Origin: Bispira polyomma
Taxonomy: Eukaryota
Direction of reading: 5' to 3'
Length of the DNA: 64,000 nt
Assembly: GCA_965649765.1 (NCBI GenBank)
Contig: OZ287754.1
Location: 67,828,001 to 67,892,000 of the forward strand
The translations under genes were made by a program, and so were the position numbers. Shown here in pieces: positions 1-12,476 of the stretch (the stretch's first letter is position 1; every line of letters starts with the position of its first letter). Under the pieces are notes generated by a model, which worked only from the letters and a program-made list of their open reading frames with translations, did no database searches and was not told where the DNA came from.

Positions 1-1656
1 TGAATAACATTTGCAATGCTGTCATTTTGTTCCTGAATTTATCCAGCCGAATTTTAAAAAACAGTTTTGTTAACAGTGTATGTTTATTACTAGCTACAAA
101 GTTTGATTTTTGTTAGCAATTCGGTAAAATGAGTCAGCCTTTGTAAGCTGTATGCTATGTTTTACATATAATAAACTACAACATAATTAGCAGACTGATA
201 TATTACATGCTAGCAACACTTAAACTTGTTTTATGACAAAACAATCTCATTGACTTTGTGCGTAAGCTATATATACCAACTAAAATATCAACTGTAACAG
301 TTTTTCTTGATGGACCTAAAGTAAAGTATACCGGGGATGTTGCCATACTGATATAGTTGTGTAGTTTGAATGACTCTTCATAGGCACTTCAGGTGGTCTG
401 GTGCAATAATGTATGTGGTACATGCAGATAAACAGAAGGCTCTTAATTTAATTAACAAGACATTTATCAACCTACACAATGTACAAGTACAAACAGGATT
501 GATGGTTTATGAGGTATTTTTTCAGGAGGTTAAATATTATTTAATTGCGTCATTTCTTACCTGTTTAAGCATATGATATTTGTATCCTTACTAAGATTAA
601 ACTGTTAAACTGAATGAAAAAATAACTGAGAATGTTTTTAAGACATAATTATTTAAACTATAAACAGATTAATATACGAATATCATGACGGTATAATGAT
701 GTTTTGTCTGCTGATAGTAAATCGAACTATGTATACAATAAGTTCTTTGCCAAATACCCTCCAAAACAATCATTTTATTTACTTTAAAAGCAGCATAATC
801 TTCATTCCATAAAGTGTCACATCAATGTGAATCTGTTCTCTTATTTACACATTGCCAGCGGTCTCCATAACACATGCTCCAAAGAACTCAATTAATTATG
901 TTGAATAAATACCTTTGTAGGTATGGAATTAATAGGGATATCAGAAAGGTTGAAAAAGCCATTTTGTTTATGAACTTAAAGCAATAGATCTGAAAAATTG
1001 TCATCATAAAAATAAGGTTTATATCTACTTTCAAGCACTTCTCAGAAAACCCCTTGAGCTTCTCTGGTATAGAAATGTACGTGGTACGAAGAGATAAGTT
1101 GAGGGCACTTCATCTTCTCATTTCTCAAAAGGCAGTAGTATTTTCATTATTTAAAATTTACCATCCCTATCATTAGTCGTGTTGTTTAAACCTGTAAATT
1201 GTAGTGATTAATTAGAAACATGTTATGTGTGTAACTCATTGTAGTCATTTCAACAAACTTAGTCTGAAGTAGAAGTTAATAAACAGTGTCAACTTTTGTG
1301 AACATCCAGCAGAAAAAAGTTTATCTGTACGGACTGATTTGGAATGTATGATTAGAAACTAAATGAGACGTGCTTATTGCCATTATGGGAACTTCAAAAT
1401 GCTAAATGTGCAAAGCATACAAGGTCATGTTAATTGAAGTTGGATGACAGATGTGAAAATTAGTAAGATGACATTCAAATATAGTTATGTCTTGTCCTCA
1501 AATATATAAGGTTATCAGTACAAACCTTAAATCTACCATATTGCAGAGCAAAACATTATGTTCCAATGACACATGAGCTATTGTTTTAAATATATTTAGG
1601 AGGTTTGCTCATTAGGCCATATTGACGAGGTTACCGTCCTTCCTAGTTTGGGTATG

Positions 1657-3068
1657 GGTATTATTAAAGCAATACTATATATCACTAATTATTTTATACA
1701 TTTTTACATATTACTAACTTTTTCGCCAACCTACGACTGATCAGCTAGAATTTAAACTTTTTTTACACTTAAACTTAGTTAAAGGTAACCTTAGCGTGAA
1801 TAGTGGTTAAGACTTTAAGTTAACCATAACTTAAGTTAACAATTTTAACCTAACAGTAAACTTAATTTAAGTTCACCTTAACTCAGTAAGGTGGCCTTAA
1901 ACTCAGTTTGTAAAGAAGCTTGCTAGTGATAACATAGTCATCAAACTAAGGTACTCAAATTGTGTAATTTTACTGTGTCCAAGGTCAAATAAGCAAGGTC
2001 ATGGGAGATGCACTGTGTAAGGTATCCCCCACGGTCATCGCAAGGTCAGTGCAGTCGCTTTAGAAGTTTTTCTTGTTAAAACTGACCCACATTGGGATTG
2101 GTTGACACTTGGGTCAAGCAAATTGATTTTACTGCCACAAGTCATTAAAACATCATATCAAACTATATGTTGAAGGGCTAAGACCCCATTTTAAAAAAAT
2201 CAACCCACCTCCTTCCCCTTTGGATTGATACTACCATATCAGCTGTCCTCTGGTGCCATCTGGGAGTAATAACCAGGGGTAAGGATTCATGAAGTTGTAA
2301 TTAACACTATTGTGCAGCGGGTGAGGCCTTGAACCTCTTCCGGGGTTCTTCACCCTAGTCTCCACCTCTATGGCACTCCTAACCTCCAAGTGCGGGCTAG
2401 TGAGGTGTGGATAATAGCATCATGTGCATTGTTGTTGGGTACCATTGATGTGGTGTATGAATACATACCCAAGCTACACTGAGTTCTGTAGTTCCAGATA
2501 ATCCACTGGAGAAGCCACATTACTCTTCGGTCTCAGCAGCTCAGCCATTATCATCCCACAGGATGCATGAACTGCTGGCTGCCTACTTAATTTTCATGAT
2601 ATGTCTGTATGCATGTTAATAGTTGCTGGTAACCTTGTGATATGTTTAAGGTTTTATGGTTTTCAGTTGAATGCATGGACTTTAAAATAGGCACTCTTTA
2701 ATTTTATTTAGCTAGGAGGTTATTTGCGGGTTTTTTGGTGGTATTTTTTATAGCAATCCCATGTATCTTTTATTATTTTATACATTTTTACATAGTACTA
2801 ACTTTTTCGGCCACCTTACTTCTAATAAGCTAGAACTCAAGCTTAATGTATACACTTAAACTTAGTTAAAGGTAGCCTTAAAGTGAATAGTGTTTTCGAG
2901 TTTAAGTTAACCATAACTTTAGTTAACCGTGTCAAACAGTAAACTTAATTTAAGTTCACATTAACTCAGTAAGGTGGCCATACACTCAGTTTGTAAACAG
3001 CTTTCTAGTGATAACATAGTTTTTGAACTGATATACTCCAACTAAGCAAGGTCATGGGATAGGCACTG
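1657..3068. mobile_element. Insertion bounded by ~330-360 bp diverged direct repeats (1657-2015 and 2740-3068)
   Basis: Both repeats share 'ttattttatacatttttacata', 'cacttaaacttagttaaaggta', 'aactcagtaaggtggcc' and 'aagcaaggtcatggga'; absent from duplicated unit B. Confidence 0.65.
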
Positions 3069-3232
3069 CCAATAATAGGTTCTACACGTCATGCCCAGTC
3101 TTACTAAAGTCTCTGATACAAAAGTAAGTTGAATTGGAACAAATTATAAATATTTACACATTCCATAATCATAGGATACTCCTATCAATAAAAGATCCTT
3201 GTTTACTGAAAGTAGATATTTACTTGGTCAGC

Positions 3233-4033
3233 ACCACAGAGCGTGCTGGAGGACAATTGAGATTAAGGTGGGTATTCTTTCGTGTACAAGTGGGTTTTAA
3301 GCTGCTTTCTAAAACAGGTTAGTGAGGGAGAAGCACAAATCACATCAGGAAGAGCATTCCAAACAATGGGAGCATCGAAAGAAAAGATGTGACCAAACTG
3401 TTTAACCGACTTTTGAATAGATTTGTGGAACTTTGGAATGACAAGGAAATTACTACCATTCTGACTACGTCTGGTGTTTTGGAAACTATTTTTGGTTTAC
3501 TTTGGAAACCCAGTGTGAAGAAACTTATAAACAAGTGTAGCTGTTTTAAACACTTAACGCTGTTCACCAGGGAGCCAGTGCAATTTCTTAAGAACAGGAA
3601 CTGGTGTATCGACTGGTGTTTGACACAATTCTAGCTGTACTATTTTGAATGCATTGTAATTTACATAAATTAAACTTTGAGAGACTCCTGAAAAGCGAAT
3701 TGCAGTTATCCAGTCTACTACTGACAAAAGCATTGGCCACAAGTATAGAAGCATCATAAATGAGAAACCATCTAACATGCCTAAAGTTCCGGAGTTGCAC
3801 AAAACAACTTTTGCAGACACTATGAACGTGTTTAGAGAAAGAAAAGTCAAACCATACAGCCAGGTTCTTGACAGAATCTGCTGAGCCTAAAGGTCTACCC
3901 AGGATGTCAACTGGAAACAATGCTTTTAACTTATCCCTCTGTTGTTTTGAACCAAAGATTATAAACTCAGTCTTGTCAGAATTAAGTTTGAGTTTACCAG
4001 TTGACATCCACTCTTTCACATAGTCAAGGCAAC
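3233..4033 (-). mobile_element. L2/CR1-clade LINE, 3' ORF2 fragment
   Basis: ORF 3588-4019 (LKLNSDKTEFIIFG, AFVSSRLDNCNSL); near-identical to 27360-28200. Confidence 0.9.
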
Positions 4034-4499
4034 ATCAGTAAAAAAAATAATATAATTTTACTAAATTTCACCTGTCTCATAAATCTCTAGTCAATAACAA
4101 TGTGTAGGCAGCTGTTCAGATTGGTATTTTACCTATGATGACCCAGCAGTATCCACATCTGGAGACAAACCAGGTACATACTAGTTTGGCCCGGATTTAA
4201 TAACAGACTTGAGGCTTGATGCCATATATTCTGCTGCCTTCTAGTACGTACATTACTGTCAATGAGAAATGATTAAGAACAGATATTTGTGTACTGAATA
4301 CAAGACAAAGTTTAGCAACAATATCTAAATACGGTTAATGTTTGCTAGGTTGTCATTATTGCATGACAAACAATGCAAAAACTGGAGTTATGATTGTTGA
4401 GGGGCTTGACAAGACAGGTTTGTGTATATCCGCTTACAGATTCTGTACACCAGTCCATGTGCAACATCTACACAGAATTTATTAGGGTTTTGATGTGTC

Positions 4500-5288
4500 A
4501 AAACCTCGTTTTTAAACGCTTAAGTTCTTATTGGGTGCCTTCCCTGATGTGCTTAAGAAGGCGGTAGTGACACCTCTTATTAAGAAGCCATCACTGCAAC
4601 TCAAGCACTATAGGCCAGTGTCTAGAGTGAGCTTCGTCTCTAACCTGACAGAAAGAACAAATAACAGAGCACCTAAATTCCAATGAACTGGGAAATTGAA
4701 ATCTATCAACAAGTGTGGAACAGCTTTATTGTCTATAAAACCAATTTACACATTTCTTTATCTAAAGTTGAACCCATGGAATTAGTGCTGCGTGATCTGT
4801 CGGCTACTTTTAATACAATTGAACACAGCACACTTCTTGACTCTGATTTCTCATTTGCTAAACATGTCGAACTCAGTTTGGCTCATATAGAAATGAGGAT
4901 GTCTATTTTTACTCACATTACTTCTGCTTTAAAACCCCTTCACTGGCTGCATATTGAGTATAGAGCAATATTCAAAATGCTACCTTAGTCTATAAAACTC
5001 TCAATTCAGATTTCCCTCTGTACTAAGCTGTGGAATAATCTGCCTCAAGATATTCACATTGTATCCTAACTTGCTTGTTTTAGGAAAAAAGCTCAAAACC
5101 TACTGATTCAACAACTCTTTTCCACATTTGCCTCCTTACCTTTTTCTGGCTTCTCCAAGGTCACGATCCCTGTAGGACCAATAATTATATGAAATTGTCA
5201 AAATGACTTTTTTTATCTCATGTGCCTTAGAATCCGATAGCACAGAGATAAGCACTATAAAAGTTACATTAGATTTTGATTTATTAGG
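4500..5288 (+). mobile_element. Internally deleted L2-clade LINE with 3' tail
   Basis: Degenerate AVVTPLIKKPSL, DLSATFNTIEH and LKPLHWL motifs; 3' UTR ending in attag-like repeats; same 3' UTR antisense at 39610-39810. Confidence 0.8.
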
Positions 5289-5329
5289 TTGGTCAGATTC
5301 AAGGGTGGAAGAAATTTATTCGTAAGTAG

Positions 5330-5390
5330 CAGAGCAGCTTCAAACCACGACTGCATAGGTGGAAGGCAAGTGTGTTACCACTGGGGCCCT
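5330..5390 (-). mobile_element. tRNA-derived SINE head fragment
   Basis: Reverse complement 'gggccccagtggtaacacacttgccttccacc...ggtttgaagc' has A/B-box-like motifs; resembles 40195-40235. Confidence 0.5.
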
Positions 5391-5459
5391 AAACTTGTCT
5401 ACAAATCACGAAAATACACACCTGTGTACATATGTAGGAGGCAAATGTCTTAATTACAA

Positions 5460-8095
5460 CTGCAGACTGATATCCCACATTTGGCAACAATGAAACTTGT
5501 TCTATGGCAAAATCACTGACTTTGTGTGTAAGCTATAAATACTACACCAAGTTTTCATTGGTAAGGAACCTGAAGTAAAATATACCAGGGGTGTTACAAT
5601 AATGATATTAATTAGTTTTGAGAACTTCTTTATAAGCACTTCAGTTAATCTGGTGCAATAAGGTATCGGCTACATGCAGATAAACTGAAGATACTTATCA
5701 ACTACACAAAACACATTAACAAAAGGGATTGATGGGGATGTTAATCGGTATTTATTCTAGAGGTTAACAATCATTACACTCTCATATTCTAATCAGTCAT
5801 GTGCTGTGCAAATATATATATTGCACCATGTCTTACCTGTTTAACAATGTGGTATATTGCGTTGTGCTGAGATTAAACTAAATGCCAAAAAAAATACTTT
5901 TTTAAGACATAAATATTTAAACAATTGAAAACAAAAACGAATGTAATTTATAGTTAAAGCAGCATAATCTTGAGTGAAAAAATAGCAATCTAATTCTAGA
6001 ATATGTCCTCGCATGAATACATTGTCAGCAGTCTCCAAAACAAGGGCTATAAACACTTATCATTAAGTATTTTAAAGAAATACCTTGGTAGAGATGGAAT
6101 TGATAGGGGGCATTAAGAAGATGTGTAAAACTACTTTATTCATGCAGATAAATAGATCTGAAGCATTGTCATCATAAAACATAAGATTCATATCTACTTT
6201 TCAAGAGCTTCAAAAAGAAACGTTGAGCTTTTCTGGTACAATAACTTACCAATTTATCAACGAAGTAAATAGACTACTTCATTCAATAGTTTGACAGACC
6301 ATCCCTATCATTGGGGGTGTGATTTATAACTGTAAAATTGTATGAATTAGATACATGTTGTGTGTGTAACTCATGTTAATTAAAGTGTGATGACACATGT
6401 GAAATTAGTAAGATCACATTATCTTTGATACTGATGTTTTAAAACAACTAATATAGTTTTGTCTTGTCATCAAATATATTAACTTAACAAACACTACAAG
6501 TATTGAGTGCAGTATATTGCAGAGCAAAAGATTGTGCCCTTGTTTGAAATATATTTAGGAAGCTTAAAACTCTGCTCATTTAGGCCATATTGACAAGATT
6601 ACTGTCTAAAGTTAGATAGGTATCATTGTTCACAGTACATACAAAGAAAACTTCATCATTTTCTGCACGTCTATATATGCCTAGCCTGACTGAACTCTCT
6701 AGTATAGAAGTAATTGAATTTGACTTGGAACAAATTATAAATATTTACACATTCAATTATCATGGGACACCTTTAAATATAAACTAATACAGCACTGAAA
6801 AATCAAGTTTTATATGCAATAACTTTGCATATTTTGTTGTCAAAAATTGTAAACAGTTTAAGGATTCATAAATTTATTATAATAATATTAAAACCACCAA
6901 GAACATTTAAATATTTCCTATTAAAATTTTTGAAACTGTTCATTACATCACACATAAATCATGTCACAGCAGTAGTGTAATCAATGAAGTTCAAACTTGC
7001 TACAGTAAAAGCATAAGCTTTAACATTACATAGAGTTTTATCTACGAGAATGTTGTCTCAGTTTGATTAACATTGGTGATGATTATGTTATATTATATAT
7101 ACTTCACAACAAATCTTTCTCTGACATAATAATTAAAATTGACACCAAACACCTTTCAGTAACTATTATATTTTTCATATACATTATCATGAATACTAAT
7201 CTAATATCCTCTGTTCTGTATTCTTCACTGTTTGCTGTATATACTGACTCTGGGGTATGTTCTCTTATCCACGACTATAATGAGTGGTATGACATGGAGT
7301 CCTAGGAAAGGCTACTCCTTTAACACAATGATCATTTGTTTTTATCACTCAATTATTGACTACTTATTTGAATGCTATCCAGTTTGTAAAGAACTGCCCT
7401 ACCAAAGATGTACATGTTATACTGTAGTCTTCAATCTCTCCATGGTATTCACATTGTACTGTGACCAGATTTTAGCCAGTGTAAGCTGCTGATGAATAGA
7501 TATCAGCTCTAGTAGGTGACAAAGTTTAGGCAGCTGTTCCGATTGGTATTTTACCTATGCTAACCTAACAGTAGCCAGCTCTGCAGAAGATCCAGGTACA
7601 TGGTGTCGTATAAGTTTGGCCCATATTTAATAAAAGTGGCCCAATGCCATATATTTCGCTAGCTCTTAGAACCACCTACTCTACCATCAATGTGTGACCA
7701 GAGTGTTACCATGATATGATTGAGAAATTACCAAGAACAGACACTTGTGTACTGAATACAGGACCGAGTTTCAATACAGTGTAAATACAGAACACAATCA
7801 TGTCAACAAATTCATGTGATTGTTGATATCAATAGATGCAACATTAAAAGGCTTTAAACATGCGTTTGTACATGTTATAATTCAAATGTATTTAGTAACA
7901 CAAACTAAATGAGGTTAACGTTTGCTAGGTTGTTAGTATTGCATGACTAACAATGCAAAAACCAGAGTGTGTGATTGTTGACTGGCATGACAAGAGGGAA
8001 GATTTGTGTATACCCCCTTTATTTACAGATCTTGTACATTATTCCAGTTACAACATCTACACACAACATAAAACCTGAATTTATTTGGGTTTTAC
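5460..8095. repeat. Segmental tandem duplication, unit B
   Basis: Same block order as 190-4490; lacks the 1657-3068 insertion and the L2 at 3233-4033. Confidence 0.85.
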
Positions 8096-9465
8096 ATTGT
8101 TTTAGGGTTTAGTGACGTAAACACAAAAAGACAACGGCGATAAAGTATGATGCTCTACGAATGCCCACTTCTACTCTGTGTCACAAATATGATGGCTTCA
8201 AAAGTATACTTTAGTGAGGTTTTTAACTATTTTTATATGTCCAGACAAATTAAAAGGTTAATACTTTGCTATAAAACTATAAAAATACCCATATAATGAT
8301 TCTTGTATTGTGACGTCACACAATTTGAAATCACGCAGAGAGCCCTTTCTATTGTGACATAATACGAGTATTGATCCAGCATATATCAGTACAAAATATA
8401 TACTACACAACTTTATAAAACATGTATATTATTTCTAGTGATTTACATTTTTCAATATGTTTCCTTATTTTATAAAAACGAAGAATATAAAGCATCTTTC
8501 TGTTTGAATAGTGTAACTTTAATGTTTTTCTAAAATAAGCCCACTTTTTGTGCTTTTATTGAAAAAGGAATTCATTCAAAATAATGCTCATGTTTCTTTT
8601 TTTCTAGTCATGCAGAATACTTCAGTATTGATTCTTTCTTGGATCAATGATTCTGCAGTTGCTCTTTGGAAGATGCCTAGCATCAATAAAGCACTTTAAA
8701 AATTCATAATAACAATAATATTACAATCAAGGACGTCAGATTATATATATACATGTAGATATATATATATATATAGGTTTTTACCAAGAAATTGGATGTC
8801 TATTTATGAGACTTAAATATAGTGATTTTCTGTTTTTCTGTTCATAAGATTTACTGTCTGGATCTGGCTTAAGAGTCAAGTTAAAGTCTATAAAGTATGG
8901 CTAGAAACATATTTTATACTTATTTTTTTGACAGGATGATTGTCTTATTTCGGGGCATGCACACTTATTAATTTGTGTATCATATTCGGCCCTATGAATT
9001 GCTAAGAAATGGTCTGCGACCTATATGCCGCTATATTAAACTCTTTTAGGGGGAATACCTGTGATGGAAAATTATCTATTGTCTGAAAAACTGCCTGGGA
9101 TTGAGTTGAACACACCAATCACCTTTCTAACCCACTCTCAGCCTATATGCTATATACCAAACATGCTGTCTGATCCTTATACATCAGTAAACATCTAACT
9201 AGCGAAACGATTAGTTATGGATATTGTAATGACTAAAATTGAAAAATAATGTAATAAAAAGTAATGGCTCACATAAAGACATACTTGCAACATCATTATA
9301 TAAGGACTAGATGAATTATCACCCTTAAGCCTTTCACATTTGTCATGCTCTAATAAAACGTATAATTGTCATTATTAATCATTCATTGTATGTACATTAC
9401 AGTGAATTTGATTATTGTCATGGAATATGGCTGTGTTCACACTGGGTGCTGCATATCTCTGACAG

Positions 9466-9504
9466 GTTTACTGTGACATGGTCACCGATGGTGGGGGCTG
9501 GCTA
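9466..9504 (+). pseudogene. Orphan FReD exon remnant (VYCDMVTDGGGWL)
   Basis: Hallmark fibrinogen-domain motif followed by a GTGAGT donor at the same position as exon 2 of the 18294-25865 gene; in-frame TGA just upstream; no other FReD exons found nearby. Confidence 0.8.
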
Positions 9505-10544
9505 GTGAGTATTACATTCAATATTACAATGCAATTGGTTCTAATATATATTTGTATCTCAGGTACTTCACAATACAGCTGACAAGAAACATAAAGTTTC
9601 AATAATGTATTGTCACTTTGCAATTATTCTTCATATTTCAATTTTTTATAACTGATAAATATTCAACAATATTTATTTCTTTATTTAGAAATTTTGTTGG
9701 TACTACAGTGACGCGGGAATGAGTTGTACTGTACTTTCTGATAAGTGTATCACTATTGGTCATATGAATACTCTCCACGTGACCTACATGATTCATGTGA
9801 TTGGACATATCTTATGAAACATGTTTAGCTTGCACAGAGTGAAGAGTCAATACTACTAATTTGTTATCCATTATTAAACCTCACAATTACATTACTATGA
9901 TTCAACATACTGGCACTGGTATACCGAGGAGTGAACACCATCTATTAAATGATATAAAAGGAAATACAATATTTCCCTCATAAAATCAGCAGCACTAAAC
10001 TTTCCACCTGTGTTTCCACAGAATGTGTTTCCTTATTATATGCATTTCTTCCTTATTTAAACTGACGAAATTCAACAGGCGATATGAGACATGTGTCTGT
10101 GTCCTATATCTCAAAATGTAGAGCAAACTGTTTATTTTCTCCATGGTAACATGTACTGTAAATACTTGCCCATGTGCGTCTTGTAATTGTCTAACTCAAT
10201 TAAATCACTCAGATCCATTGGGATTCATTATCATTGGTTGAAAGAAAAAAGGGTGACTATATGAGATAATTATTCTCAATAGGACTACTGAGCAAAGATA
10301 TACTACCTTCTATTAATGTTATATTAATGCACCTTGCTGTTACTATAACGTTTATTGCTTTCTCGTTGATGAGCAACATTTGTTGTGCCTGTTACGATCA
10401 CATTTGTGATATCAAAAGAATCAGAACTCACTTATCATAGAATTCTGCTATCACCGTGGCTAGCTCCTTGCCAGTAGCAACCTGGATAACTGTACTTCCC
10501 TTCTATTAGGGATAAAATGTCTCTTATAAAGAAGTTACAGTTTA

Positions 10545-10905
10545 TCCCACTACCCAGTTTCCCAAATAAGTGCACTGAAAATACCTAACCAGCCCCACTG
10601 CCTAGTTAGCCCCATGATCTAGTACAGCGATGAGACAAAATCAGCCCGATTACAAAATTAGTCTCATATTTTGGTACACTGAATAGAATAAATCAGCTGC
10701 ACCACCCAGTTAGCCCCAGCATGTAGTACAGTGAAATGACCTAACCAACCCCACTACCCAGTCAGTCTCATAATCTAGTACAGTGATGATACCTTACCAG
10801 CCCCACTACCCAGTTAACCTGTTATCTAATTAACTAGAAAGATCTACCCCCTGATCTAGGGAAGTGATAAGACTTAGCCAGCCCCAATACCCAGTCCTCA
10901 TAAGT
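10545..10905. repeat. Degenerate ~52 bp minisatellite, 6-7 copies
   Basis: Recurrent 'cctaaccagccccactacccagttagccccat.atctagtacagtga'. Confidence 0.75.
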
Positions 10906-11461
10906 GTGGTCATAACCCATTGTAAACCTTTTTGTAGATTTATGCATCATTTATGTTACCTTTCTTTCTGTGTTTGCACACATTGGGCTGTGTGTATGCC
11001 TTATCCTGTAATGGCGTTATCATTGTGAGGTTTACTTTTTATTTTATGGCTAGTCCTTTTATGCAGGTTTCCTGTTTAGTGTGTATACTGCCTGAATGTT
11101 GCGTAAAAAAATTCATTACACTTTAACTGGTCTTAGTGGTACTAAAAACTGTACATACATACTGACATGTAAAATAATAAAATCTCAATTTACATATTTT
11201 ACTGTGTTACATATTCAAGTAACTTTGCTTCAAGCTCACATCTTATGACCTTGATATGAACTTTGAACTTTTTTGGTGGCTTTTACATTGCATTTACCTA
11301 AAGATAATAAAAATCAAAACTACACATTTTCAACTTTAAAAGTTGAAGAGCATGTACTTAGTTAAAAAGGGTATCCAATTGGTTAACTGTGTATACATGC
11401 TGACATATTGGACATTCATGTAGGTGCAGTTCGTATCAATAAGTGTTAACATACATTACAT

Positions 11462-12090
11462 TAGTATAGGAATAAAATATACAAACGAGTGCTTTATGCG
11501 CATTTTAAACGATCGATGGGGTAGATTTAATGCACGAAGCCCGAAGGGCTGAGTGTATTAAAACTACCCCATCGATCGTTTAAAATGCGCATAAAGCACG
11601 AGCTTACGTATTTTATTCCTATTCTAAAATGGTATACCAATATTTTTATAAACTATCAGAGATTTCTTACCTAAAATGTACAAGCCAAGGTCCCATGTTA
11701 TGGCTGTTCCATCATATAATCACACATGAAAACTGAGTCGCAAAACAAAACCCCTTCAAAATTTTGTGAGAAAACATACCTATAAGGTAGGACATAATAT
11801 TCATGAAAAATAAACCTCAAGTACATAAAAACACCAAAACAGTAAGAAAACACTTTATTTGTAGATATACAGCATAAAGATAAACATTATTATACAGAAC
11901 TTAACATTTACCGGTGTCCGAAATCATACACATTTACAAAAATTTGGTTACCAGCCGAAATTTTTGTATGGCTAGGGACTAACTCACGAGGATGGAACAG
12001 CCACACTTTATCTACGGTGTTTTATACAGAATTTATACATTGCGCAAAAGACATCCTTACGGGCGTTGCGCAGCCTACCATTTTAGAATA
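11462..12090. mobile_element. Non-autonomous hairpin DNA element (possibly Crypton/tyrosine-recombinase type)
   Basis: ~165 bp palindrome 11462-11626 centred on 'agcccgaagggct'; 'attctaaaatggta' (11621-11634) is inverted at the far end (12076-12089); terminal TAGWATA direct repeats. Confidence 0.7.
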
Positions 12091-12335
12091 ATTTATAAGG
12101 ACTGCTTGTAATGTCACAGGAGCCAAGGTAAAGCAGTGGTGATCAACGAAAGCCCGAATTCGCTTTAATAAAATCTCAATTTATGGCCACAAACATTTTT
12201 ATTAAATTCTACTGCTCTATTCCAACAGAGAATAATACCCTTTGTTTTTTAATTTCCTTGAAGGAGAAATATTCTTCATTAGCACTTTGATGATATTGCC
12301 CTTAAACAACCTGCATTATATTGATATACTTTCAG

Positions 12336-12460
12336 GAATATCCGACACTAGCAGAATATGTTGAAAGTAATCAGAGAAAGGAATGGAGCATGCCATCACA
12401 ATGTTGTGGAAATAGAAACTGCACTTTTAAATATTAAGATGCCGATAAAGCTTTAAAAAG
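12336..12460 (+). pseudogene. Exon-like segment of an unidentified gene with one in-frame stop
   Basis: 'ctttcag|' acceptor and 'aaaag|gtttgt' donor; EYPTLAEYVESNQRKEWSMPSQCCGNRNCTFKY*DADKALKR. Confidence 0.35.
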
Positions 12461-12476
12461 GTTTGTTACTATTCTG

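Larger units (their letters stand above)
190..4490. repeat. Segmental tandem duplication, unit A (paralogous to 5460-8095), interrupted by later insertions
   Basis: Colinear similar blocks, e.g. 190 'gcagactgatat..' ~ 5462; 4105 'taggcagctgttc.gattggtattttacctatg' ~ 7527; 4340 'tttgctaggttgt..tattgcatga' ~ 7921. Confidence 0.85.

Noticed and set aside
3061-3190. Possible leucine-rich-repeat coding remnants in the duplicated unit
   Set aside because: Only faint resemblance, and frames disagree between the two copies
10545-10905. Regularly spaced repeats resembling a CRISPR array
   Set aside because: The whole unit repeats with no unique spacers; eukaryotic context and no cas genes, so it is a minisatellite
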